Assembly: GCA_964421635.1 (NCBI GenBank)
Contig: CAYQWZ010000002.1
Span: 1,749-65,748 of the forward strand
From: an uncultured Candidatus Saccharibacteria bacterium
GTDB taxonomy: Bacteria; Patescibacteriota; UBA1384; CAILIB01; JAUSJZ01
Direction of reading: 5' to 3'
Length of the DNA stretch: 64,000 bases
Part shown: piece by piece, positions 46,376 to 57,173 of the stretch
Numbering within the stretch: the stretch's first letter is position 1
Layout: each line of letters begins with the position of its first letter
Translations under genes and position numbers: made by a program
The notes under the pieces: model-generated
Databases searched by the model: none
The model's input: the letters and a program-made list of their open reading frames with translations, nothing else
Told to the model about the DNA's origin: nothing

Positions 46376-47494
46376 GTGCATTTACTTATTTTAAATTGGC
46401 GCTGTCCGACTAATCCTAAATCTGGCGGGGCTGAATATATAGTTGTTGAACTAGCAAAGAGATTAATAAAAGACGGACACTCTGTGTCATGGTTTGCTAT
46501 GAGTTATGCTGGCGCTAAAGCTAGTGAGACTATTAGTGGCATAAAAGTTTATCGCGCGGGAAATCCGTTGACAGTTCAGCGGGCTGCTCGCAAATGGTAC
46601 GCCGAGCATGCAAAAGAGATCAATTTAATAATTGATCAGTACCACGGTATTCCATTCTTTGCTCCTCGTTGGGCCAAATGCCCTGTAATTTTTTATGTCA
46701 ATGAAGTAGCCGGAGAGATTGCTAAATATATGTTACCTTTTGGTTTAGGCTATCTTTACGGTTGGCTGGAGCCCATATTTATTCGCCAATACAAAAACAA
46801 TGTAGCTTTAAGTATCTCAAATTCTACTACGCAAGAAATGAAAAATCTTGGCTATAAGGGAAAAATCTTTACAATGCCGCTTGCTTGTGACACAAAACCT
46901 TTAGCTAAATTGCCAGCGCTATCTACCAAACAAAAAGATTTAACCCTGCTCTTTGCCGCTCGCTTAGTGCCTCTCAAACGACCTGACCACGCAATAATAA
47001 CAATGAAATATTTGCGTTCAAGGTATCCTCAAGCAAAATTATGGATTTTAGGTTCTGGCCAAAATAAGTACGAAAAATATTTGCACGACCTTGTTTCAAA
47101 AAACCATCTTCAAAAGAATATTAAGTTTTGGGGCTTTGTCAGTTTGAAAGAGAAACAAGAGTTAATGCAACAGGCTCATATTGTGTTAATTACTTCAATC
47201 AAAGAAGGATGGGGACTGACCGTGCCTGAAGCCAATGCCTTAGGCACGGTTGGTGTAACTTATAATATTGCGGGAGTACGAGATAGTAATGAACATCAAG
47301 AAACAGGCCTACACTCTAAAAATAGTAATCCTGCTAGTTTGGCCGCTACAATTGAGCAACTTTGGAAAGATAAGAAGTTGTATGACAAGTTAAGAAGAGC
47401 TGCTTGGGAAAAAGCAAAGACCAGAACTTGGGATAAAACATACAGCGAATTCAAAAAAGCTATTAGCTTTACTCAAAACAAAAATAGCATTTAG
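46376..47494 (+). CDS. Glycosyltransferase family 4
   Basis: N-terminal SGGAEYIVVELAKRL and C-terminal EGWGLTVPEA (GT4 EX7E-like). Confidence 0.8.
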   Translation: MHLLILNWRCPTNPKSGGAEYIVVELAKRLIKDGHSVSWFAMSYAGAKASETISGIKVYRAGNPLTVQRAARKWYAEHAKEINLIIDQYHGIPFFAPRWAKCPVIFYVNEVAGEIAKYMLPFGLGYLYGWLEPIFIRQYKNNVALSISNSTTQEMKNLGYKGKIFTMPLACDTKPLAKLPALSTKQKDLTLLFAARLVPLKRPDHAIITMKYLRSRYPQAKLWILGSGQNKYEKYLHDLVSKNHLQKNIKFWGFVSLKEKQELMQQAHIVLITSIKEGWGLTVPEANALGTVGVTYNIAGVRDSNEHQETGLHSKNSNPASLAATIEQLWKDKKLYDKLRRAAWEKAKTRTWDKTYSEFKKAISFTQNKNSI

Positions 47495-47547
47495 AGCTTC
47501 ATAAGTTGTTATTAAAAGGAACTATTGATATTGTTGTAATACAAAAT

Positions 47548-48486
47548 ATGAAAAAAGAACCTAGCTTATCAATAGTCATTCCTACTTTAAATGAAGAAGA
47601 GAGCCTGACAGAACTTTTTAATCTAATAAAAAAACGGGTCACACATTTTCAAAAAATAACGGTAATTTTTGTTGACGATGGTTCAAAAGATGCAACTTGG
47701 AATGTAATGAAATCGATAAAAACAAAAAATCGATCAAAAAAAATTAAGGTAGTGGCTATTAGAATGATGCAAAATCATGGTAAGGCCTTAGCACTACTAG
47801 CTGCTTTTGACCAGATTGAAACGGAATTTGTGGCCACAATGGACGCCGATTTACAAGACGACCCAGCGGAGCTAGACAAGATGTATCAAAAAATTGAAGA
47901 AGGATTCGATCTGGTCGTCGGCTGGAAGAAGAAGCGCTATGACCAAAAATCGAAATTAGTAGCATCAAGAATAGCCAATGGTGCCACAAAGTTTTTCACA
48001 GGTGTAAATATTCACGATATGAACTGTGGGTTGAAATTAATGCGCACAGAGGTCGCCCAATCTTTACACATATATGGAGATCTTCATAGATTTATTCCGG
48101 CTATAGCTGCTTCAAAAGGTTTTAAAGTTGGAGAGAAGGTTGTCAAGCATAAAGCTCGTAAATATGGAGTAAGCAAATATGGTGCAGAAAGATTACTAAA
48201 AAGTCTGTTTGATTTTGCCACAATACTTTTAATAACTAAATTCAGCAAAAAACCGCTTCACTTTTTTGGTCCTATTGGGCTAATTAATATTATTATTGGA
48301 GTCTTAATTTCACTGCACCTAACAATATTATGGTTTATGGGAGAAACTATTGGTACTAGACCATTACTATTATTGGGAATATTGCTAATAATCTTTGGCA
48401 TTCAAACACTTTCTATCGGTTTGTTGGGAGATTTAATAATTTCCCAAAACAATGATAAATCCTATAATATTAAGGAAGTAAAATAA
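47548..48486 (+). CDS. Glycosyltransferase family 2 (polyprenyl-phosphate sugar transferase-like, C-terminal TM helices)
   Basis: LSIVIPTLNEEESL, DADLQDDP, and two C-terminal TM helices. Confidence 0.8.
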   Translation: MKKEPSLSIVIPTLNEEESLTELFNLIKKRVTHFQKITVIFVDDGSKDATWNVMKSIKTKNRSKKIKVVAIRMMQNHGKALALLAAFDQIETEFVATMDADLQDDPAELDKMYQKIEEGFDLVVGWKKKRYDQKSKLVASRIANGATKFFTGVNIHDMNCGLKLMRTEVAQSLHIYGDLHRFIPAIAASKGFKVGEKVVKHKARKYGVSKYGAERLLKSLFDFATILLITKFSKKPLHFFGPIGLINIIIGVLISLHLTILWFMGETIGTRPLLLLGILLIIFGIQTLSIGLLGDLIISQNNDKSYNIKEVK

Positions 48487-48489
48487 ATT

Positions 48490-51105
48490 GTGAGAAAAAA
48501 TAGGAGGGAATTGTTTTGGTATTTTGTCGCGGCCTTAGCTGTTGGTTCTTTTATTTTTAGAGGATTTCTCTTTAGGGAAGGCATTCTATTCGGAGGTGAA
48601 CTAAAAACAAGCGTAAATTATTGGGATTGGTTAAAGCCCTACTTCTCTGCCTGGAGTAATTCTGGCTCATATGGATTTGCTACCACTCCTTACTATATTG
48701 CTCCAGGCATGCCAGAGTTCTATGCTTACAGTCTGCCATTTATGGCGCCTTTAATTTTTATCTACGCTATTTTTAGTTCGCTATTTAGTACCAGTGGTCT
48801 TTTGATGGTGTATATCTTTACTTTCCCTCTACAGTACTTCGGAATATACTATTTGCTGCCTCATTTTGGAGTGAAAAAACACCGAGCTTTTTTTAGCTTT
48901 GTTGCTTTTTTAATTTTCGTTCTGAATCCTTACAAGGTTGAAAGTGTAAATGCCTTGGGAATGATTTATGGCATAAATCATGGCTTGTGGTTACTTTGGG
49001 TTGGAAGCCTAGCATCAATTCTCTTTAAAAAATCAAAAAAGATCTTTTCCTATAGATATTTAATCTTTATCTTTCTCACTTGGTTGGTTAGTACAGTAGC
49101 TATTGGCATGATGATAATTACCCTATATTCAGGTCTAGCTTTAGTTTTGTATGATTTGATTAATGCTCAAAAGAGTAAAGATTTTACTGGGAGAAATTAT
49201 ACATTAAAATTTTCGGCCTACACATTTCTATTAATCTTTTTAATTAATGCCAATCATTTACTGCCGACTATATTTTCAAAAATGGGTGTGTTGCAAACGA
49301 CCACAAGTAGTTATCCTTTACCAAACAAATTTATTGATGTTATCACCGTGACACACGGCTCTCAATTCGCTGGCACAGGCAACTTATTATTATGGATTAT
49401 ACCGCTGCTAGCAATGTTGGGGTTAATATTTGGCAAGTTAAGAGGCAAGATAACAATCTTGATAATTTTTTTGGCTGGTTTGATTTTAGCAGTTGGTTTG
49501 AATAATCCTTTCGGACAAATTAATAGTTTTTTGTATAACTATGTGCCTTTCTTCGATTTTGGACGATCCGCTCACAGGTTTATCGTGTTAGTTGTTTTAG
49601 CCTATTCACTAGGTATCACTTCTTTACTTTATAGAATGAAAAATTTCAAATTAGTCAGAATGATTTCTGCGGTTGGCTTAATAATCGCTATGCTGTTTAT
49701 TATTTATCCTAGTATATTTTCTGGTTATGTAAATAAGAATTTGACTGTGGTTGAGCCGCCACCAGAGTATTTTCAGCTTAACGACTGGCTAAAAGATAAC
49801 GGCTATCAAGAACGGCCGGTACTTTTTTTGAGCCCTCTATATAAGTCATCCGTACAAGTTTATAGCTGGATGACAGAGAATGCTTACCTTATCCCTTATG
49901 ATGCAGTTTTTAATATGCCTACCGATAATGTTGGAGGATTCAAAAATGCAATTAGCCCAGCAGCGAGATTCCACAACTATTTGAGTAGACAAATTGTGAC
50001 TAATTCGGAGTTGGCAACTAACATGATAGAAACTGCCGGTGTTGAGTTAGTGATTTTGGACAATAAAATGACTGATCCTGAGTTTCTAGTGGCAGCTCAA
50101 AAGATATTGGACGCTAGTAAATGTTTCAGTAGTCAAAATTCGGTTGAAGGATTTAGCATTTATAAATATCAAAAGCAGCAAAATGTTGAAGGAGTTGATT
50201 TATTAGTGGGGAGTTTACAAACTTTAAGCCTTTCTAATGTTAGCCGTAACTATATTTTTCTAAATCAGGCAGAAAATAAACCGCTTGAGATATTGAAGCA
50301 ATGCCCAAAATGTCGAGTTGTATTTGATGAGAAAGATATTCAAGAATTAGTGTTTAATCAGCTAGTAGGTAAATATGAATTAAATCCTATTATTAAATTA
50401 CAACCAGATCTTTTACTAAAGGGTGGTTGGGTAAAATCTGGTGATTTACACATTCCAACTACTGAACACGGAATTTTCTCTTTGGGCAAAAATCCTGTTG
50501 GCACAGCGGCAGTAGGCAAATTTAGTTATCAAACAAATAGTGTAGATACTAGCCAAGATCTAGTTTTGTTAATAAGATATCTCAAGAGTCCTGGTAATAA
50601 TAGTACACTAGTGATAAAAAATGGAGCTGAAGTAATTGGTGAGCTGAATTCACATAGTTGGTATAGTCAGTATCAAAATGCTAAATTTGAAATTTCTGCT
50701 AATCAGTTTGATCGGTTGATTTATGAAAAAAATATAGTAGCAGAAATGGGTGGAAATATTATTGACGCAACCCTGTTGGTACCAAAAGATGTATATCAAA
50801 ATACTCAAACTCAAATCATGGAAGTTCTAGCTGATATGAAAGTGATTAATAACATTGATGAGCTAAAAGATATCAATACAGAGGTTGTCGAAGGATTTTC
50901 TAAAAGATATATCTCTTACAACTTAGATTGGCAAACAAGAGGAGATAAAATTGCAGGCAATTATTTTGCTACAGCTACCCTGACAGGAGCCGATATTGAT
51001 AATATGAATTATCCGTTAAGAATGTGGTTTATTCTTGGTTGGTTAATTCTTATTTTGACTTGGACATTCTTGATCTCAAAAACCATTTATGAAGAAAAAA
51101 ATTAA
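48490..51105 (+). CDS. Very large polytopic membrane protein (871 aa), putative GT-C-like glycan transferase or polymerase
   Basis: About 12+ N-terminal TM helices, then a large extracytoplasmic domain and a final TM. Paralogous in architecture to 60449 and 63402. Confidence 0.5.
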   Translation: MRKNRRELFWYFVAALAVGSFIFRGFLFREGILFGGELKTSVNYWDWLKPYFSAWSNSGSYGFATTPYYIAPGMPEFYAYSLPFMAPLIFIYAIFSSLFSTSGLLMVYIFTFPLQYFGIYYLLPHFGVKKHRAFFSFVAFLIFVLNPYKVESVNALGMIYGINHGLWLLWVGSLASILFKKSKKIFSYRYLIFIFLTWLVSTVAIGMMIITLYSGLALVLYDLINAQKSKDFTGRNYTLKFSAYTFLLIFLINANHLLPTIFSKMGVLQTTTSSYPLPNKFIDVITVTHGSQFAGTGNLLLWIIPLLAMLGLIFGKLRGKITILIIFLAGLILAVGLNNPFGQINSFLYNYVPFFDFGRSAHRFIVLVVLAYSLGITSLLYRMKNFKLVRMISAVGLIIAMLFIIYPSIFSGYVNKNLTVVEPPPEYFQLNDWLKDNGYQERPVLFLSPLYKSSVQVYSWMTENAYLIPYDAVFNMPTDNVGGFKNAISPAARFHNYLSRQIVTNSELATNMIETAGVELVILDNKMTDPEFLVAAQKILDASKCFSSQNSVEGFSIYKYQKQQNVEGVDLLVGSLQTLSLSNVSRNYIFLNQAENKPLEILKQCPKCRVVFDEKDIQELVFNQLVGKYELNPIIKLQPDLLLKGGWVKSGDLHIPTTEHGIFSLGKNPVGTAAVGKFSYQTNSVDTSQDLVLLIRYLKSPGNNSTLVIKNGAEVIGELNSHSWYSQYQNAKFEISANQFDRLIYEKNIVAEMGGNIIDATLLVPKDVYQNTQTQIMEVLADMKVINNIDELKDINTEVVEGFSKRYISYNLDWQTRGDKIAGNYFATATLTGADIDNMNYPLRMWFILGWLILILTWTFLISKTIYEEKN

Positions 51106-51982
51106 ACAACTACTCTCTAAACTCATTTATTTATTGTTCGCTTTTTTTGTTGTCTATTTTTTATATAAATTTTCTTCTGAAATAATTAATAATCGGTATT
51201 ATCTTCAATGGCCAAGTTTTGCTCTCAGTCTAATTGCCATGATGGTAGGATATGTCATTTATGTTTTTGCTAATTATATATATTTAGTTTTACCTGAAAA
51301 GAAGATTAGCTACTGTCTTTTTGCAAAGAAATATCTTAAAAGTAGTTTAGTGAGATATACGCCGGGGAATGTCTGGGCTTTTCTAGTTCGTTACAAAGAA
51401 TTTAAAAAACTCGGGATATCATCGAACAGAATTATCGCTTCTATTATATTTGAAATGATGACAATGGTTTCTGTTTCATTTATCTTTGTTGTTGTTAGTC
51501 AAGTAAATTACAGCCTTGCGTTAAGATTGGGAACAGCAGTTATTATAATCTTTGTTCTCTTTTTGGTATCTGATAAATATTTGAAGAAAATATCAGATGC
51601 AGTAATTCCTAAGCTTAAAATGAATAAAATTCCAGCTGTGAGCCTAGGTAAGTTTTTGCTGTTATTTTTGACCTATATCCTAATTTGGAGTTTTTGGGGC
51701 TTAAGTTTTTGGTTGATGATTAAAGGATTCGGCTTCTCCAATTCATATCTGTCTGCTACTTATATTTTTGCTTTCTCCTGGTTAATAGGATATTTAAGCT
51801 TTATTGCACCATCTGGAATGGGGGCACGAGAGGGCGTTATGATACTGCTGCTAAATAATATGGGAATTAATACAGTTTTCTCGACTACCATTAGTCTTTA
51901 TTCAAGGTTAATTTTTGCTTTAGCTGAAATAATATTATTTGGTGTTGTTAATTTATTGAGTTTATTTAAAAAACAGTCCTAA
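51089..51982 (+). CDS. Lysylphosphatidylglycerol-synthase-TM-like / flippase-like domain protein (UPF0104)
   Basis: YTPGNVWAFLVRYKEF motif and about 8 TM helices. Confidence 0.6.
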   Translation: MKKKIKQLLSKLIYLLFAFFVVYFLYKFSSEIINNRYYLQWPSFALSLIAMMVGYVIYVFANYIYLVLPEKKISYCLFAKKYLKSSLVRYTPGNVWAFLVRYKEFKKLGISSNRIIASIIFEMMTMVSVSFIFVVVSQVNYSLALRLGTAVIIIFVLFLVSDKYLKKISDAVIPKLKMNKIPAVSLGKFLLLFLTYILIWSFWGLSFWLMIKGFGFSNSYLSATYIFAFSWLIGYLSFIAPSGMGAREGVMILLLNNMGINTVFSTTISLYSRLIFALAEIILFGVVNLLSLFKKQS

Positions 51983-52050
51983 AAAGCTTTTTTGCTGGTA
52001 TTTAGAGTCCCTTTTTGTTATGGTTTTAACAGATAAAAAATATATGTTTT

Positions 52051-53076
52051 ATGGCTAAAAAATATCCTACTATTAGCATTGTTATTCCAACTTTGAACGC
52101 GGGCGAAATTTTAGATAAGTGTTTATCTTTCGTGGCAGCCCAAGATTATCCTAAAGAAAATATTGAAATTATTATTGCTGATGGTGGCTCAGATGATAAC
52201 ACCAAAGAAGTTGCCCAGAAGTATGGCGCCAAGGTTTATCACAATAAATTGAAGACGGCTGAAGCTGGTAAAGCGGTTGGTGTGAAGAAGGCGAAGAACG
52301 AGATAATCCTTCTTTTAGATTCAGATAACTTTATTCCAGATACTACTTGGATGAAGCGAATGATCGAACCTTTTTCTGATGCGGAAGTTTTAGGTTCAGA
52401 GCCTTTGCATTTCGATTACCGATCGACTGACGGATATCTAACGCGCTACACAGCACTTTTAGGAATGGGCGACCCAATGGTTTACTTTACGGGCAACTAC
52501 GACCGCTACTCACATCTGTCGGGTCGCTGGACAATGCTCAAAGTTCCTTTCGAAGATAAAGGAGATTGGTTGAAATTGACCTTATTGCCAAAACGCGTAC
52601 CAACTATTGGTGCTAACGGCTTCATGATTAGAAAATCTTTCTTTAGCGACCACAAGCTTGGTGATTATCTATTTGATATCGACCTTATTGCTTTAGCGGT
52701 TGAGAAGAAACCTCTAAAGTTTGCCAAGGTGAAAGTCGGTTTAGTTCATGTTTTTTCAGGCACCATGAGTACTTTTATTCGTAAACGCCGCCGCATGGTT
52801 AAAGATTATCTTTTCTATCAAAAATCTGGCCTGCGCACTTATCCTTGGAGCGATACCAATAAATTTGGTCTAGCTATGTTCGTTATTTACACCGTACTGA
52901 CTGTGCCAACAATTTTGCAGTCTATTAAAGGATTTATTAAAAAACCCGACAGCTCTTGGTTTATTCACCCTATTGCTTGTTGGGTGACCCTTTGGGTTTA
53001 TGGTACTGAATTTATTAAAGCCAAAATTTGGGGCGCCGAAATTGAGACTAGAAAAAACTGGAAGCAGACTAGTTAA
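52051..53076 (+). CDS. Glycosyltransferase family 2
   Basis: ISIVIPTLNAGE and DGGSDDNT DxD region. Confidence 0.8.
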   Translation: MAKKYPTISIVIPTLNAGEILDKCLSFVAAQDYPKENIEIIIADGGSDDNTKEVAQKYGAKVYHNKLKTAEAGKAVGVKKAKNEIILLLDSDNFIPDTTWMKRMIEPFSDAEVLGSEPLHFDYRSTDGYLTRYTALLGMGDPMVYFTGNYDRYSHLSGRWTMLKVPFEDKGDWLKLTLLPKRVPTIGANGFMIRKSFFSDHKLGDYLFDIDLIALAVEKKPLKFAKVKVGLVHVFSGTMSTFIRKRRRMVKDYLFYQKSGLRTYPWSDTNKFGLAMFVIYTVLTVPTILQSIKGFIKKPDSSWFIHPIACWVTLWVYGTEFIKAKIWGAEIETRKNWKQTS

Positions 53077-53077
53077 G

Positions 53078-53788
53078 ATGAGTGAGCGAAAAAAGTATAC
53101 TGGTCTTTTAGCTAATCCTCATAATGAGGCAGATACTTTTAAATTGGTCGGCCGAACAAAAGAGGCTTATGAATTGCTTGATGCTCAAGAGTCTGATGTA
53201 ATTTTAGATTTAGGATGTAAAGGCAGCTGGTTAGAGAATCTTTTACACGACAAAGTAAGAAAAATTGTTGCTACAGATTTAGACGAAACCTATATTCAAC
53301 ATAATCAGAAAACCAATAAATATGAGAATGTTGAGTACCAGGTAGCTGATGCGACAAAAAAATCAGATTTTCGAGCCAACAGTTTTTCAAAAGTTGCCCT
53401 GCTAGAGGTTATTGAGCATGTGCCTGAAGATACAGAGTTTGACATGATTGAAGAGATTCATCGCGTGTTAAAGCCACAAGGTATCTTAATTTTAACTACA
53501 CCGCGTTACAACTGGTTATCAAATTTGTTTGATCCGGCTTACTGGTTAATTGGTCATCGACATTACCGTGAGCAACAAATATATAAATATTTATCTGACG
53601 CTGGTTTTTCAGATATCAAAATTTATATAAAAGGTAGATTTTTTGATGCCTTCGCCGTGTTTACTTACTATTTCTTGAAAATATTTAAACTCGACAAATT
53701 AACACATGACACAATGATTGCTTGGGTGCAGCGTGAGTACGACCGCGGCGCTGGTTTTAATCATATAATAGTTAAAGCACAAAAATGA
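53078..53788 (+). CDS. Class I SAM-dependent methyltransferase
   Basis: ILDLGCKGSW motif I. Internal start at M27 with an ATG at 53078. Confidence 0.7.
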   Translation: MSERKKYTGLLANPHNEADTFKLVGRTKEAYELLDAQESDVILDLGCKGSWLENLLHDKVRKIVATDLDETYIQHNQKTNKYENVEYQVADATKKSDFRANSFSKVALLEVIEHVPEDTEFDMIEEIHRVLKPQGILILTTPRYNWLSNLFDPAYWLIGHRHYREQQIYKYLSDAGFSDIKIYIKGRFFDAFAVFTYYFLKIFKLDKLTHDTMIAWVQREYDRGAGFNHIIVKAQK

Positions 53789-56160
53789 ATAAAGATTGGC
53801 AACAACAAATAAATCAAATAAATCAAGCCTTTGAAAAAGGTAAGAAAAGAGCTTCTGTTGTTGTGCTGGCTACCCACGCTACGCAACTCTATGGTCCACC
53901 TGACGCTTTAGTCGATTTTATTAAAGAAAAGAAAGTGTCATACTTTGTCATAATTAAACATCCGCTAGATATAGGATTAAACAGAAATAGAGAAGTCTTT
54001 ATTTATAAAAAAGGAGTGTTGGTTGATCATCAAAAACACAGAGAGAGTAGAACTAATGTGCGCCAATTCATTAAGGATGTATCCTTCACCAGAAGTGTTG
54101 TAAAAAACACTCTTAAACAGACTGGAGTAATTGACTTATATATTGGCGCTAATCCTCTAAACTTCTTAGCGGGCTCACTAGCTTTACCAAAAAGAAAGAT
54201 TCGAAATTGGGTTTTCTATTCAGTTGACTACTCTCCAAAAAGATTTGATAGCTTGGTACTAAACGGTATTTATCGATTTTTAGATGATTGGGCCGCTCGT
54301 TATGCTGATTGGACTTTCTCTGTTAGTAAGCGCGCTATTGAACAAAGAGTAAAAACGGGCGGAGCGGCACGGGAACGCATGGTGCATACGCCAAACGGGG
54401 TAGTGGAAGATTTACCAAGCGCACAGAAAAATTCTAAAAAACCATCAGCAGTTTATGTCGGTACACTTTCGTTAGAGAAAGGAATTCAAGATGTTATTAA
54501 CGCTTGGCAGAAAGTTCAAGGTGAAATTGAAAATGTTGAATTGAAAATTATTGGCAGCGGAAGTGATGAGAAAAAACTGCAACAAATTGTTCGAAAGAAT
54601 AAATTATCTAACAGCATAAAGTTTCTAGGACAACTACCACACGATGAAGCAATTGCGGAGGTGGCAAAATGTGATGTCGGAATTGCCCTATATAATAATC
54701 GTGATTCATACACAAAGTATTGTGATCCAATGAAGGTTCGTGAATATCTGGCTTCTAATGTAATTCCGGTTGTTTCAGATGTTCCTGAGATTGCTCAAGA
54801 AGTGGCTAAAAATAATGCTGGCGAAGTTATTAACAAAGACCAAGATATTGTACAAGCGCTAATTAAGGCATTGAAGAATCCTCAGAAATATCAGGCGGGA
54901 ATAAACAAATTAAAACAGGGCAATAGCTGGAACGAGGTTTTTTCTAAAGGATTCAAACGCGGGGAGATAATTTTCACCAAAAGACCATTCAGAAGAATTT
55001 TAGCAACCCTTTGGAATCCGGGTGAAAAAGAGATTGCCGCCGGAGGTTTTCGCCGCTGCCACGAAATTTTAAAACGCTTTACCCAAGAAGATGGAGTGTT
55101 AATGGTGGTCGATGCTAATCCTTCTATTATGAGAGGCGAGGAAAGCGACCATCTAGTAATTTTCAACTATCAAATTCCCCGCTGGCTGAAGCGCTTTGAA
55201 AAAACTTTTTATAATGTTGAGCGAGTAATTGAATGGCTTGTTTCAATGTGGAAGATCTTTTATATAGGATTCAAACTGCGTCGTTACTACGATTTAGTTT
55301 ATGTTCCTTTCTCAGAAATTATTGTAACTTCATTTGGCGCTGGGCCGCTAAAGTGGTTTGCCAAAAAGAGAGTTGTCTTTTGTAATGAGAACACCGACCC
55401 AAAATGGATTACCAGAACGCTAAATAATTGGTTGCATAATCATATTGATCGCTCTTATACAATTTCAGACGATTTAGCTTCGGGCTTAATTAATTTTGGA
55501 ATGAAGGGGCCAATGGTTATTAACTATACCGGTCTTGATGTATCCTTGCTTAAAAAAATTAAAGTCAGTGTGAAAAAATATGACGCTATCTTTATTGGTC
55601 GCCATACAGAGAGTAAAGGAATTTTTGATTATGTGAAAATGCTGCCAATAGTGACTAAAAAATATCCTGATTTCAAATTTGTTTCAGTCGGCATTACTCC
55701 GCCCGAAATTAAACGCGATTTGGTGGTGCAGCTTAAAGAGCTAAATGTGGAAGATCATTGGGAATTTATGGGCGTGGTTTCTGAGGAAGAGAAGTACAAA
55801 TTTATTAAGCAGTCGCGAACTGTTTGGTTTCTATCAACCCTAGAAGGATGGGGAATAGTGCCGCAAGAAGCGTTAGCCTGTGAAGTGTTACCTCTTTGCT
55901 ACGACATTCCGGTTTATAAAGAAAGCATTCGAGAGTCTCGCTCAGTTGTTTTTGTAAAGCCAAACGATTATCAAGCAGCCGCACGAGAGGCAATTAAGCT
56001 AATGCAGATGAATAAACAGACGGCGATAGAACTGCAGCATGAGGGAGCTTTGTTTGTGGAACGATTCGACTGGGAAGTTGTGGCCAAAAGAGAGTTTGAT
56101 GTAGTAAACGGAATTGAGTTAGGCCGCACGCCAACTGAAGAATTTAAACTGTTAAATTAA
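53785..56160 (+). CDS. Large two-module glycosyltransferase (GT4-like domains)
   Basis: Two Rossmann-like GT-B modules; EGWGIVPQEALA motif near the C-terminus. Confidence 0.65.
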   Translation: MNKDWQQQINQINQAFEKGKKRASVVVLATHATQLYGPPDALVDFIKEKKVSYFVIIKHPLDIGLNRNREVFIYKKGVLVDHQKHRESRTNVRQFIKDVSFTRSVVKNTLKQTGVIDLYIGANPLNFLAGSLALPKRKIRNWVFYSVDYSPKRFDSLVLNGIYRFLDDWAARYADWTFSVSKRAIEQRVKTGGAARERMVHTPNGVVEDLPSAQKNSKKPSAVYVGTLSLEKGIQDVINAWQKVQGEIENVELKIIGSGSDEKKLQQIVRKNKLSNSIKFLGQLPHDEAIAEVAKCDVGIALYNNRDSYTKYCDPMKVREYLASNVIPVVSDVPEIAQEVAKNNAGEVINKDQDIVQALIKALKNPQKYQAGINKLKQGNSWNEVFSKGFKRGEIIFTKRPFRRILATLWNPGEKEIAAGGFRRCHEILKRFTQEDGVLMVVDANPSIMRGEESDHLVIFNYQIPRWLKRFEKTFYNVERVIEWLVSMWKIFYIGFKLRRYYDLVYVPFSEIIVTSFGAGPLKWFAKKRVVFCNENTDPKWITRTLNNWLHNHIDRSYTISDDLASGLINFGMKGPMVINYTGLDVSLLKKIKVSVKKYDAIFIGRHTESKGIFDYVKMLPIVTKKYPDFKFVSVGITPPEIKRDLVVQLKELNVEDHWEFMGVVSEEEKYKFIKQSRTVWFLSTLEGWGIVPQEALACEVLPLCYDIPVYKESIRESRSVVFVKPNDYQAAAREAIKLMQMNKQTAIELQHEGALFVERFDWEVVAKREFDVVNGIELGRTPTEEFKLLN

Positions 56161-57173
56161 TGCAAAGAGTTAAGTGTTTTATTTGCGGTCAAAAAAAGAA
56201 TAAAGTCTTGTTTGAATTGAAGAAGTCACAACAGGGTGAGACTTTTCAAATTGGCGAATGTTTCGTTTGTGGGCATGTTTTTATGGATCCGCGGCCGACT
56301 ACGAAAGAACTGGTCAAATATTATGCTCAAGATTATCATTACGATGGTGATTTTTACAATGAGGTGTTTGCCAAACAAGCGCTTGGTTTTTATAACGAAA
56401 TTAAATCTTATCTGAAGCCAAAAAGTACAATCATCGATATTGGTTGTTCAAAAGGATACTTGCTCAATTTTGCTAAGCGAGCCGGTCATAAGGTGCGCGG
56501 AATTGAAATATCTAGCGACGCGGCTATCTATGTAAAAAAGAATTTTGACATCGATGTTTTGGTTGGGCCAGTTGAGAAGCAAAAAATAAAAGCTAAATCT
56601 GTAGATGTCATTACCGCTTTTGATTTAATTGAACATCTGCCGAATCCTAAAAAAACAATTTCACAAATGTTTGAATGGCTAAAGCCTGGTGGCCAGATGA
56701 TTATAGATACCCCAAACTTCGATTCAATTTACCGCAAAATTTCACAAGATCGCTGGGTTGGTTTTGACATGCCTTTTCATATTCACCTATTTCGCAAGGA
56801 GACTTTGGTGCGCGTACTGAAAGAAATTGGTTTTTCTGAAGTTGTTGTCGAAACATCGCATTTTAATTTATTTTCTCGCGAAGGATTCGTTCGCAGCAAA
56901 GCGTACGGTTTATTAGTACTGGCGGTGAAGTTTTTGCGTTTATCGAATATGTGGGAGCGTGCACAAAAGCATTATTTAGTGCAGCCCGTAGCACACGAAA
57001 ATATGAAGATGAATAAATCAGATGAGCCAGCCAAAGAGAGTGGCTATCGTGATCCTAAAATTAGTTTTATAGATATTTTAGAAGCCGGCATCAACGCTCC
57101 TTTTAACTATTATTTTGGCAAAAAACTTTTATGGGGCGATGGCCTTCGAGTAATCGCCAAGAAACCTATTTAG
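56160..57173 (+). CDS. Class I SAM-dependent methyltransferase with an N-terminal Cys4 zinc ribbon
   Basis: CFICGQ...CFVCGH, then IIDIGCSKGY motif I. Confidence 0.7.
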   Translation: MQRVKCFICGQKKNKVLFELKKSQQGETFQIGECFVCGHVFMDPRPTTKELVKYYAQDYHYDGDFYNEVFAKQALGFYNEIKSYLKPKSTIIDIGCSKGYLLNFAKRAGHKVRGIEISSDAAIYVKKNFDIDVLVGPVEKQKIKAKSVDVITAFDLIEHLPNPKKTISQMFEWLKPGGQMIIDTPNFDSIYRKISQDRWVGFDMPFHIHLFRKETLVRVLKEIGFSEVVVETSHFNLFSREGFVRSKAYGLLVLAVKFLRLSNMWERAQKHYLVQPVAHENMKMNKSDEPAKESGYRDPKISFIDILEAGINAPFNYYFGKKLLWGDGLRVIAKKPI